Shown here: in pieces, positions 42,145 to 51,420 of the stretch
How positions within the stretch are numbered: position 1 is the first letter of the stretch
Layout: every line of letters starts with the position of its first letter
NCBI GenBank assembly: GCA_946534345.1
Contig: CAMNCL010000002.1
Coordinates: forward strand, 169-64,168
Direction of reading: 5' to 3'
DNA: 64,000 nt
DNA from: an uncultured Bacillales bacterium
GTDB lineage: Bacteria > Bacillota_I > Bacilli_A > RF39 > UBA660
Program-made: the position numbers and the translations under genes
The notes under the pieces: model-generated
The model's database searches: none
What the model was told of the DNA's origin: nothing
What the model saw: only the letters and a program-made list of their open reading frames with translations

Positions 42145-42173
42145 TTGCATAAATATAATTAATTTATTATAAT
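42145..42173 (+). promoter_or_regulatory. Sigma-A promoter of sRNA copy 2
   Basis: TTGCAT (42145) -17 nt- TATAAT (42168). Confidence 0.75.
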
Positions 42174-42179
42174 CAAGAT

Positions 42180-42252
42180 AAGGAAGGAAGTCTTTTTGGA
42201 TAGACGAATTCCCTTTGGAATTCATCTGGGGTTAAAACCCAGATGTTTTTTT
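42180..42252 (+). ncRNA. Putative antitoxin sRNA, copy 2
   Basis: ggaa..gtct/agac..ttcc hairpin; terminator catctggg/cccagatg plus T7; paralogue of 20615-20684. Confidence 0.65.
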
Positions 42253-42328
42253 ATTTAAATAATATTATAAATACTAAACTAAATAAAAGGAGAATTATAA
42301 AATATAAAGATTTCTCTCTACAAGTCAT
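42251..42328 (-). CDS. 25-aa hydrophobic peptide MTCREKSLYFIILLLFSLVFIILFK, putative type I toxin, copy 2
   Basis: Differs from copy 1 by two synonymous changes and one I>V change; identical RBS and 5' UTR. Confidence 0.7.
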   Translation of the reverse strand: MTCREKSLYFIILLLFSLVFIILFK

Positions 42329-42480
42329 AATAACACCACCTTTCATAGAGTAACCGAACCCCATAAAAGGAAAACATCTAAGACTACCTTCATATATTAT
42401 TATTCACAAGAATTATCTATAATTATGAAAGCATTTGAAATAAATAAAATAATAAAGTATACTTATAATAGGTGAAGTGT

Positions 42481-43587
42481 ATGAGAATAGATAAAGATAA
42501 TATCAAAATAATACTTATTCTCTTAGTAGTAGCTTTAGGAATAGGATACTCATATTTAAATACAGAATTAAATATAAATGGAACTGCTAATATAAATAGT
42601 GCAAACTGGAGTGTATATTGGAATAATGTACAAGTATCAAATGGATCAGTAGAAGCCACAACACCAACAATAGATACAAATAAAACAACAGTGACTTTTA
42701 ATGTAACTTTAACTAAACCAGGAGATTATTATGAATTCACTGTTGATGCTGTAAATGCTGGTACATTAGATGCGATGATTGATACGATCAGTTCTAAACT
42801 AAATGGGACAACTATCACAACATTACCAGCTTATCTAGAATACGATGTAACATATTCTGATGGAAATCCATTACAAACAAATCAAGAGTTGTTACATGAT
42901 TCAACAGAAACCTATAAAGTAAGAATAGCTTATAAAGATGATATAAGTGCAAGTGACTTACCAAGTACAAATCAAAGTTTATCATTACAATTTAGTGTTA
43001 CATATAAACAAGCAGATGATAGTGCTCAAGCAGTAGATCACGGAACAACTGTCTATACAGTAAGTTCAACAACTAGTCATATAGGACAAGCAATACCAAA
43101 TGATATAACCCAATATAGTAGTGCAAGTGATGCCATGGCAGCAATCTCAAATAAACCATTATATTTAAAACACGTAATAAGAAATGGATTAATTGATGAA
43201 AGCTATGTAGAATTTGTAGTAACACAGGCTATGGCCAATGCAAATAGTGGAATGACTGCTGGAACATATGCATTAAGAGGTTTAAATACATACGATGAAA
43301 ATTCGAGCTCAACAAACTATTGTAAAGCAGAATATTACACTGGAGGATATTGTATAAATCCTTACTATGAAAGTAATAAAGCAACATTGCTACAAGCCTT
43401 TGGAAGTGCGAATTGTAGTTCTGAATATGATGGTGGAGATTACAAATCTTTAACATGTAGTGTGTCGGGCTTGGGTGCCTATGCCATTTCGAATGGCGGT
43501 GTCAGTGCGCACGATGCCTCTTGGGACTGCAACGTGCATGATGATGGTGCGTCCGACTGTGTTGGTGAAATTATTAATCCCAAGTAG
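42481..43587 (+). CDS. Secreted SipW-type/TasA-like protein with a hypervariable C-terminus, paralogue 2 (candidate DGR target)
   Basis: Paralogue of 20913-22013; ATG 42481 follows AGGTGA. Confidence 0.7.
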   Translation: MRIDKDNIKIILILLVVALGIGYSYLNTELNINGTANINSANWSVYWNNVQVSNGSVEATTPTIDTNKTTVTFNVTLTKPGDYYEFTVDAVNAGTLDAMIDTISSKLNGTTITTLPAYLEYDVTYSDGNPLQTNQELLHDSTETYKVRIAYKDDISASDLPSTNQSLSLQFSVTYKQADDSAQAVDHGTTVYTVSSTTSHIGQAIPNDITQYSSASDAMAAISNKPLYLKHVIRNGLIDESYVEFVVTQAMANANSGMTAGTYALRGLNTYDENSSSTNYCKAEYYTGGYCINPYYESNKATLLQAFGSANCSSEYDGGDYKSLTCSVSGLGAYAISNGGVSAHDASWDCNVHDDGASDCVGEIINPK

Positions 43588-43610
43588 TTGAGCATGGCCA
43601 GCCCGGCGGT
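43456..43610 (+). other. Candidate DGR variable repeat plus GC-rich IMH-like tail, copy 2
   Basis: 63/111 G+C and 0/37 A-ending codons over 43456-43566; tail tgagcatggccagcccggcggt. Confidence 0.6.
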
Positions 43611-43760
43611 CCGGTGGTGTAAGCCACTAGCATCTAGTAATCTAGAATCCGAACAAGCTATGCTTGTGAGACGAGGAATTTTTCGAAGAAAAATATCCGA
43701 GAGTGCCGAAAGGAGCTATGCTAATTGTAGGACAATAAAAATATATATAATGATGTTATA

Positions 43761-43785
43761 AGCAACCTCAAATAGGTTGCTTTTT
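43761..43785 (+). terminator. Intrinsic terminator
   Basis: agcaacct-caaat-aggttgct plus T-run. Confidence 0.8.
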
Positions 43786-43846
43786 GAATTGCTCTACGAA
43801 CATTTTTTTGATATAATATGTATGTTGATGGAAAGATAGTGATATT

Positions 43847-45118
43847 ATGAAAAGTGTAGGTGTTTTAACTTTAGGTTGTAAGGTTAATACTTATGAATCT
43901 GAATATATAATTAATGAACTAAAAAAAGCAGGTTATGAAATTAAAGACTTTGATGATATATGTGATGTATATATTATTAATACTTGTACAGTTACAAATA
44001 GTAGTGATTCTAAATCAAAGAAAATGATTAGACAAGCTATTAGAAGAAATTCTAATGCTTGTGTAGTCGCAATGGGATGCTTTATCGCAGCTAATCCTGA
44101 TATAGATATTCCTGGTTTAGACATTATTTTAGGTAATAAAGATAAATCAAAAATAGTTAGTTTATTAGATGAATATTTTAATACTAAAGAGATTATTAGA
44201 GATCAATATAAAGGTCGTTTAAAAGAATTTGAAGATATGTATATAACTGATTTTCCAGGTCGTACACGTGCTTTTGTGAAGATTCAAGATGGATGTGATA
44301 ACTTCTGTAGTTACTGTATTATTCCTTTTGTACGTGGTAAATGTCGTAGTAAAGATGAATCTAAAGTAATTAGTGAAGTAACTGACCTAGTTTCTAATGG
44401 TTATAAAGAAATAGTTCTTACTGGAATTCATACTGGAAGCTATGGAGTAGATCTTGATACTAGTTTTGCTGACTTATTAGAAAAATTAGTTAAAATAGAT
44501 GGTCTTGATAGACTTAGAATTTCTTCAATAGAGACAACTGAATTAAATGAAGATGTATTAAATGTACTTCGTAATTCTAAAGTATTAGTAGATCACTTAC
44601 ATATACCAATACAAGCTGGTTCTAATGAAATATTAAAAGCAATGAATAGAAAGTATGACTTAGATTATTTCTTTGCTAAAATAGCTGAAATTAGAGGTAT
44701 TAGACCTAATATTAGTATTAGTACTGATGTAATTGTAGGTTTTCCTGGAGAGACAGAAGAATTATTTGAAACTACAATTGATACTTGTAAGAAACTAGAG
44801 TTTTCTAAACTACATGTATTTCCATATAGTGAAAGACGTGGTACGGCATCTTCTCGTATGTCTAATAAGATTGAGAATGGAATAGTTAAAGAAAGAGCTA
44901 GAAGATTAATTGAAGTATCAACTGAATTAGAAAAGAATTACATGAATAAATTTATTGATAGTGAAGTAGAAGTATTAATAGAAGAGACTAAAGAGGGTTT
45001 CAGTTATGGACATACAGGTAATTTCTTATATGTTAAAATAAAAGGAGAATATCCTCATAATAGTTATAAAACTGTGCGTATAATAAATATAGAATACCCA
45101 TATTGTATAGGAGAGTAG
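43847..45118 (+). CDS. mtaB: tRNA t6A37 methylthiotransferase
   Basis: TLGCKVN, INTCTVT, KIQDGCDNFCSYC. Confidence 0.93.
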   Translation: MKSVGVLTLGCKVNTYESEYIINELKKAGYEIKDFDDICDVYIINTCTVTNSSDSKSKKMIRQAIRRNSNACVVAMGCFIAANPDIDIPGLDIILGNKDKSKIVSLLDEYFNTKEIIRDQYKGRLKEFEDMYITDFPGRTRAFVKIQDGCDNFCSYCIIPFVRGKCRSKDESKVISEVTDLVSNGYKEIVLTGIHTGSYGVDLDTSFADLLEKLVKIDGLDRLRISSIETTELNEDVLNVLRNSKVLVDHLHIPIQAGSNEILKAMNRKYDLDYFFAKIAEIRGIRPNISISTDVIVGFPGETEELFETTIDTCKKLEFSKLHVFPYSERRGTASSRMSNKIENGIVKERARRLIEVSTELEKNYMNKFIDSEVEVLIEETKEGFSYGHTGNFLYVKIKGEYPHNSYKTVRIINIEYPYCIGE

Positions 45119-45122
45119 ATAT

Positions 45123-47309
45123 ATGACTACTTATATAAAAGGAACATATTCACGTAGTATTTATGAAAATAATACCGGTTATTATATCGGTATTTTTAGA
45201 GTGTCTGATACTAATGATGAAAAGCTAGCTGATTATATAGGTAGAACAATTACTTTTACTGGTTATTTTCATGAACTTAATAATATGGATACATATATGT
45301 TTTATGGTAAACTTGTTCATCATCCAAAATATGGAGAACAATTTCAAGTAGATAGTTATGAGAGGGTAAAACCAGAAGAAAAAGACTCAATTATAGAGTT
45401 TTTAACTAGTGGTTTATTTCCTGGAATTGGAGATAAAAAGGCTAAAAATATTGTGGACGCTTTAGGAAAAGACACATTAAAAATAATTTTAGAAAATCCA
45501 TCTAATTTAATATTAATACCTGGTATTACTCAAAAAAATATTAATATTTTACACGATAAATTAAAAGAATATGAATCTAGTTATGAAACAATAATGTATT
45601 TAAATGACTTAGGTTTTAATACAAAAGATGCGATGCTTATTTATAATAAATATAAGAATAAAACTAAAGATGTTGTCGAAGATAACATTTATAAACTTAT
45701 AGATGATATCTATGAAATGTATTTTAAAAAGATTGATAGTATTGCCTTAAATAATGATGTATCTAAGGATGATCCAAATAGAGTAGAGGCTGCGATTATC
45801 TATATTATGAATGAAGTAAGTAATACTTATGGACATAGTTATTATTATAAAGAAGAAATATTAATGTATTTACCTAGAGTATTAGGTATAGAAGTAACTG
45901 AAGTTGATAGTTATTTAAATGCTCTAGAAAGAGATTTAAAAATAATAGTAAAGAATGATAAATATTATTTAAAAGAAATGTATGAAGCAGAATGTTTAAT
46001 AGTTAAAAGATTTAGATTATTAAATAGTAATAAAGGTATTACTAGTAAAAAGATAGATGATACAATTAATGGAATAGAAAGTTTCTTTGAGATTAAATAC
46101 AATGTTCATCAAAGAGAGGCTATTAAGAAGAGTTATGAAAAAGACTTCTTAATTATTACAGGAGGTCCTGGTACTGGTAAAACTACTATTATGCGAGGAA
46201 TTATAGAATTATATCGTATGATGAATAAATTAAGCTATGATAAGTTAAGTGAGAAGATTGCTTTACTTGCTCCTACTGGAAGGGCAGCTAAAAGAATAAC
46301 TGAATCTACTTTAGTTAGAGCTAGTACTATTCATAGATTTTTAAAATGGCAGAAAGAATCTAATACATTTCAAGTAAATGAATATAATAAGAGTAAAGTA
46401 GAATTTGTCATTTTAGATGAATCTAGTATGGTAGATACTTATTTAATGGCGAGTTTACTTAAAGGAATATCTGCGAATTGTAAGATAGTTTTAATTGGAG
46501 ATGATCATCAATTACCTAGTGTAGGGCCTGGTAATGTCTTACATGATTTAATTGATTCTAAGTGTCTAGATGTAGTAGAATTAACTGAATTATATCGTCA
46601 GGGACATGATTCTAATATAATAAGTTTGGCTTATGACATTAGAAATAGTAATATTAGTAAAGATATCTTTAATGTTGATGAAGATCTTACATTTATAGAG
46701 TGTAGTGATGATGAAGTAATTCCTAATATTAGTGAAATATGTAATACTTATTTAGATTTAAATTATCATAATTTTCAAATATTAGCTCCTATGTATAAAG
46801 GATTAAACGGAATAGATGCGATTAATAAAGAAGTACAGGGTATTTTTAATCCTAAGAGTAATAAAAAAGCATCTAAAGATATTGGAGGAGAATTACTTCG
46901 TGAAGGAGATAAAGTAATTCAACTAACTAATATGCCTGATGATAATGTATATAATGGAGATATAGGTTTAGTTAATAGAATAGTATCTACGCCTAGAAGT
47001 GAAATATACTTAGATTTTGATGGTAATATAGTTAAATATACACCAAGTAATTATAATAATTTTAGATTAGCCTATGCAATTAGTATTCATAAATCTCAAG
47101 GATCTGAATTTGATGTAGTAGTAATTCCAATAGTAAAGGGATATCATAAGATGTTATATCAAAAACTTATTTATACCGCAGTTACTCGTGCTAAAAAGAA
47201 ATTATATTTAATTGGTGACTTTAAAGCACTTGATTTTGCATCTCGTAATATTGATACTGATACTAGAAGAACTACTATTAAAGATTATTTGATAAATGGA
47301 ATAGAATAG
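45123..47309 (+). CDS. recD2: RecD2-family DNA helicase
   Basis: HPKYGEQF, GGPGTGKTT, APTGRAAKR, DESSM, SIHKSQGSEF. Confidence 0.92.
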   Translation: MTTYIKGTYSRSIYENNTGYYIGIFRVSDTNDEKLADYIGRTITFTGYFHELNNMDTYMFYGKLVHHPKYGEQFQVDSYERVKPEEKDSIIEFLTSGLFPGIGDKKAKNIVDALGKDTLKIILENPSNLILIPGITQKNINILHDKLKEYESSYETIMYLNDLGFNTKDAMLIYNKYKNKTKDVVEDNIYKLIDDIYEMYFKKIDSIALNNDVSKDDPNRVEAAIIYIMNEVSNTYGHSYYYKEEILMYLPRVLGIEVTEVDSYLNALERDLKIIVKNDKYYLKEMYEAECLIVKRFRLLNSNKGITSKKIDDTINGIESFFEIKYNVHQREAIKKSYEKDFLIITGGPGTGKTTIMRGIIELYRMMNKLSYDKLSEKIALLAPTGRAAKRITESTLVRASTIHRFLKWQKESNTFQVNEYNKSKVEFVILDESSMVDTYLMASLLKGISANCKIVLIGDDHQLPSVGPGNVLHDLIDSKCLDVVELTELYRQGHDSNIISLAYDIRNSNISKDIFNVDEDLTFIECSDDEVIPNISEICNTYLDLNYHNFQILAPMYKGLNGIDAINKEVQGIFNPKSNKKASKDIGGELLREGDKVIQLTNMPDDNVYNGDIGLVNRIVSTPRSEIYLDFDGNIVKYTPSNYNNFRLAYAISIHKSQGSEFDVVVIPIVKGYHKMLYQKLIYTAVTRAKKKLYLIGDFKALDFASRNIDTDTRRTTIKDYLINGIE

Positions 47310-47356
47310 ATTTTTAAATATTTTTATAGTATAATTACAATGTTTGGAGTGATAGA

Positions 47357-48109
47357 ATGATTACAATTAAAAGTGAAAGAGAATTAGATTTAATGCGTCA
47401 TGCAGGTATGTTAGTATCTAAGATGCATCAATTTATTAAACCATATATAAAAGCAGGTATTACTACAAAAGAATTAGATAAATTATGTGAGCAATTTATT
47501 CTTGATAATGATGCAACTCCTACTGAAAAGGGTTATGAAGGATATCCTGCAAGTATTTGTGCTAGTGTTAATGATACAGTAGTTCATGGTATACCTAATA
47601 ACTATAAATTAAAAGATGGAGATATTATCACCATAGATGTCGTTATTGGTTATAAAGGTTATCAAGGAGATGCTGCTTGGACCTATGCTGTAGGAGAGAT
47701 TGATGATGATAAGAAGTATTTGATGGAACACACTGAAAAAGCTCTATATGAAGGTGTTAAGATGGTTAAACCAGGTAATAGAATAGGTGATATATCAGCT
47801 GCAGTACAAGAATATGCAGAGAGCCATAACTTAGGTGTTGTTCGTGAATTATGTGGTCATGGTATTGGTCGTGAAATGCATGAAGATCCAGAAGTACCTA
47901 ATTTTGGTACAAAAAATACTGGTCCAAGATTAAAACCAGGAATGGTTATCTGTATCGAACCAATGCTTACATTCGGCAAAAGATATGTCTATCAAGAAGA
48001 TGATGGTTGGACAGTAAATACTGAAGACGGAGAACCAGCTGCTCACTATGAACATACTGTCTTAGTAACAGAAGATGGTTATGAAATATTTACTCCTAGA
48101 TTAGATTAA
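47357..48109 (+). CDS. map: Type I methionine aminopeptidase
   Basis: CASVN..VHGIP, GHGIG..MHEDP, IEPM, AHYEHT. Confidence 0.97.
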   Translation: MITIKSERELDLMRHAGMLVSKMHQFIKPYIKAGITTKELDKLCEQFILDNDATPTEKGYEGYPASICASVNDTVVHGIPNNYKLKDGDIITIDVVIGYKGYQGDAAWTYAVGEIDDDKKYLMEHTEKALYEGVKMVKPGNRIGDISAAVQEYAESHNLGVVRELCGHGIGREMHEDPEVPNFGTKNTGPRLKPGMVICIEPMLTFGKRYVYQEDDGWTVNTEDGEPAAHYEHTVLVTEDGYEIFTPRLD

Positions 48110-48188
48110 CGTAAACTACATGTAGTTTTACGTTTTTTTGTTTATATTAATTGTAATTTATTGTATATTTATAATAGTAGGTGATTGT

Positions 48189-49643
48189 ATGGCAAAGAAA
48201 AGTGTTTTATTTTTAATTAATGGTTTAGGTATTGAAAAAGCAGGAAGTTATAGTATATCTATAGATCAATGTATGCCTAATTTATCTAAAATTAAAGAGA
48301 CTAGTTATTTTACTACTGCTATTACTAATTCATTAGAATATCGTAGTGCTTATCAACAATTCTTTTTAGGAGATACATATAAGACAGAAATTAATTATAT
48401 TAAAGAAAAAGTAATTAATGAACAATTAAAAGGTAATCCTACTTATCAAAGTCTTCAAGAAAGTGTTGCTGGAGAAGGTAAATTACATATATTCGTAGAA
48501 CCTACTAATAATCAAGTAGTAGAATTAATTAATACTTTAGTTAGTACTTTAACTCTACCTGAAAAGAAAGAAGTATATTTACACTTACTGTTATCACAAC
48601 TAACAGTAAATGAATATAATAAATTAATAAATATAGTTAATTACATTAAATATCATATTAATAGTCATATAACAGTAGGGTTTATTATTGGAAAAGATTA
48701 TTATCCTGAAGAGTTAACAAAAGAACAAATGGATGTTGCTAAAAAGCTATTATTCTTCTGTTCTGCAGAAAGATGGATAGATACTGATAAGAAACTATTA
48801 TCTCTTCAAGAATCTAATATTAGACCATGTGTAGCTCCTGGTTTTTGCGCAACTAATGATTGTTTTATTGCTAATAATGATACTATAATGTTCTTTAACA
48901 CTAGAAGAGATGATTATGATAAGTTTATAAATGCAATTCTAAGTAATGCTAATGAAGCTCTTAAAACTGATTCATATAATTTACCAATGTATTCACTTAT
49001 TAAACTAAATTCAAAGCACAATATACCATCATTTATTGATAATGTTGTTTATGATAGTAGTTTAGCTCTATTATTAGAAAAGGCTGATAAAGAGGCTTTA
49101 ATAGTTACTGATGAAAAGAATATAAGTTTAGTTAATTTCTTAGCTAATGGATTAAATAATGTTAATAATCCAGCTATTCAATTCATGAAATTAAATGATA
49201 CATATTATAATGATTTAAATAATATTACTGGTTTAATTGATAATTCTATTTATGATTTAATAATCTTTGATTATCACTTAGATGTATCTAGAACTGTTAA
49301 TGATTTAAAAGCTCAATTATCAAAAATAGATATTGTCTTAGGAAATGTAGGAAGTGTATGTGTTAATAAACATTCATTATTTATTACATCTTTATATGGT
49401 ATTAAGAAGACCCTACCTCTAGCAGATTATAATACTGAAATGGTCACAATAGATTATGAAATGCAAATACCAATATTCTTCTTTGATTATTCATATCCTA
49501 GAAGTAAATATAGATTATTCCCAGGAGAAACAAATGATATTTTAAATTCTGCAGTTAGATGTATTTATAATGATCAATCTATTTATACATTAGTAAGATC
49601 TAAAGATTTAATAAATAACTTATTATCAGTATTCAAAAAATAA
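48189..49643 (+). CDS. Degenerate homologue of cofactor-independent phosphoglycerate mutase (GpmI-like)
   Basis: KKSVLFLINGLG, MPNL, IMFFNTRRD, DLIIFD, LFITSLYG, IPIFF are collinear with iPGM motifs but metal ligands are replaced; ATG 48189. Confidence 0.6.
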   Translation: MAKKSVLFLINGLGIEKAGSYSISIDQCMPNLSKIKETSYFTTAITNSLEYRSAYQQFFLGDTYKTEINYIKEKVINEQLKGNPTYQSLQESVAGEGKLHIFVEPTNNQVVELINTLVSTLTLPEKKEVYLHLLLSQLTVNEYNKLINIVNYIKYHINSHITVGFIIGKDYYPEELTKEQMDVAKKLLFFCSAERWIDTDKKLLSLQESNIRPCVAPGFCATNDCFIANNDTIMFFNTRRDDYDKFINAILSNANEALKTDSYNLPMYSLIKLNSKHNIPSFIDNVVYDSSLALLLEKADKEALIVTDEKNISLVNFLANGLNNVNNPAIQFMKLNDTYYNDLNNITGLIDNSIYDLIIFDYHLDVSRTVNDLKAQLSKIDIVLGNVGSVCVNKHSLFITSLYGIKKTLPLADYNTEMVTIDYEMQIPIFFFDYSYPRSKYRLFPGETNDILNSAVRCIYNDQSIYTLVRSKDLINNLLSVFKK

Positions 49644-49649
49644 AAGACT

Positions 49650-50615
49650 CTATTTAAGAGCCTTTTTTAATACTTTTTTTACTTTAGGTAAAGCTAAACT
49701 ATAATGATCAGAATTACTTTCAAATAATATATATAAAGATTTATCTTTGTAGAATAATCCTTCAGCCATAGGAGGTATTTTTTCATTCTTAATCATATTA
49801 TCTTTAGTAAAGTGATAAAAAGGTATCTGTTTTCCTTTGAATGTATAGAAGTCTGTAGCTTTTTCTTTAAAGATATTCTTATAAGTAGTTAAATTAGAGT
49901 TAACTAGATAAGTAAATGATCTAGTAAATACTACTTGTTTATTATCAGTCATTGTCATACCTTGAACCATTTTAGGCAATGATACAACCAATTCTGGATT
50001 ATTATAATTTAATTCTTCATAACCACTATATTTAAATAATAATGGAGTATCATTAGGTACTTTATAGAATGGATTTAAGAAGAAATCACCAATCCATAGA
50101 TTTAATTCTTCATCACAATAACAGAAGTCTCCTCTAATAGGTAATTTAGTTTTATGATAACTTTGTATATATTTATCTTTAGTAGTAAGTATTTCTTCTA
50201 AAGAATATTCATTAACTTGATAGTCACTAGTTATCCATACATTATTTCCATTAGTTGCGATTCCTCCAACATGTAAATGATTATCTTTACCATCAAAATC
50301 TTTTAATTTTAATTCTTTAATTAATTTATTTGTTTTTAAATCAGTTACATATAACATACTAACTTTACCTTTAGCATTATAAGAAGTTTGTAATACAACA
50401 TTTCTTTCTTTAGCATAAGCCATTCCTTGAGGAACATAACCATTCTTATTACCAGGTATAGTAAAAGTACTTTGATAATTACTTTTCTTTATTAAATAAG
50501 ATAGATTTAATCGCATATAGTTAAGAATAAATATAAGTAAAATACTACCTAAAAATATTCCTAATCCTAATAGTATTTTTTGATATAATTGTAGTTTCTT
50601 TCTTTTCCTCTTCAT
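49650..50615 (-). CDS. Membrane-anchored extracytoplasmic protein, beta-propeller-like
   Basis: Basic N-terminus plus TM; VPQG, HVGG, MVQG, MAEG blade-like repeats; ATG 50615. Confidence 0.65.
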   Translation of the reverse strand: MKRKRKKLQLYQKILLGLGIFLGSILLIFILNYMRLNLSYLIKKSNYQSTFTIPGNKNGYVPQGMAYAKERNVVLQTSYNAKGKVSMLYVTDLKTNKLIKELKLKDFDGKDNHLHVGGIATNGNNVWITSDYQVNEYSLEEILTTKDKYIQSYHKTKLPIRGDFCYCDEELNLWIGDFFLNPFYKVPNDTPLLFKYSGYEELNYNNPELVVSLPKMVQGMTMTDNKQVVFTRSFTYLVNSNLTTYKNIFKEKATDFYTFKGKQIPFYHFTKDNMIKNEKIPPMAEGLFYKDKSLYILFESNSDHYSLALPKVKKVLKKALK

Positions 50616-50654
50616 ATTCTCACCATATTTATCATAACATAAAAAAAGAACCAA

Positions 50655-51245
50655 TTAAATAGCTTTTGGTTCTAAATAATCTATTTCTGGTAATAGTTCT
50701 TCTAAATAGTTAATTAATTTTTCAGGATTAAATTCTTTTGAATCCTTAATAGCTTCAGTACATATTTTAGTAACACCACTTACATAGAATAGAGCAATTA
50801 CTTCAACTGGGATATCTGATTTATTTATATAGTTTTCTTTTAGTCTCTTGGTTACTGCTTCTAGGGAAGCATCAAACATCATATCAAATGCAATTGAATT
50901 ATTGTTCTTTTTGACAATTGCGATAGATGAGTAGACATTTAAATTCTTTTCAAAATATTCTAATAATAGTTTTAATAGTTCAATATAATATTCTTTAATA
51001 GAATTAGCTTCTATTTGAACATCTATATGTTCAACTAAATCATTTTTTAAATCTTCTATTAACGAAGCAAGTAATTCATATTTATCATTAAAATGATCAT
51101 AGAATGTTGATCTATTAATCATGGATGTACTACAAATATCTATTACTTTTATCTCTTCAAATGTTTTTTCTTCCATTAATTGTAATAGAGAACGATATAG
51201 GTTAGCTTTAGTTTTACGAATACGTAAATCTTCTTTTTTCTTCAT
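50655..51245 (-). CDS. TetR/AcrR family regulator
   Basis: DLRIRKTK..INRSTFYDHF.DK; divergent from the MMPL gene. Confidence 0.92.
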   Translation of the reverse strand: MKKKEDLRIRKTKANLYRSLLQLMEEKTFEEIKVIDICSTSMINRSTFYDHFNDKYELLASLIEDLKNDLVEHIDVQIEANSIKEYYIELLKLLLEYFEKNLNVYSSIAIVKKNNNSIAFDMMFDASLEAVTKRLKENYINKSDIPVEVIALFYVSGVTKICTEAIKDSKEFNPEKLINYLEELLPEIDYLEPKAI

Positions 51246-51272
51246 AATATCACCTGAGTTCATTATATCTTA

Positions 51273-51340
51273 ATAAACTACATTTGTAAAGATAAACTAC
51301 ATATGTAGGGAAAATGTAAAACAAAATAATTACATTTGTT
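51273..51340. promoter_or_regulatory. Candidate TetR operators
   Basis: ataaactacatttgta (51273), ataaactacatatgta (51292), tacatttgtt (51331); palindromic TACAWWTGTA core. Confidence 0.6.
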
Positions 51341-51420
51341 GGTTATCATACACAATGTTGAAATGTTTACTTTTATTTATTTTTGAAATGATTATCATAT
51401 ATTATGCAAGGAGTGATAGA

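Noticed and set aside
43660-43715. Hammerhead ribozyme
   Set aside because: ttgtgag..gaaa only loosely resembles the CUGANGA/GAAA core and the required stems could not be built.
48108-48139. Extra TetR operator (aaactacatgtag) after map
   Set aside because: It is the stem-loop of the map terminator (aacgtaaactac/gtagttttacgtt plus T-run) and has different spacing.
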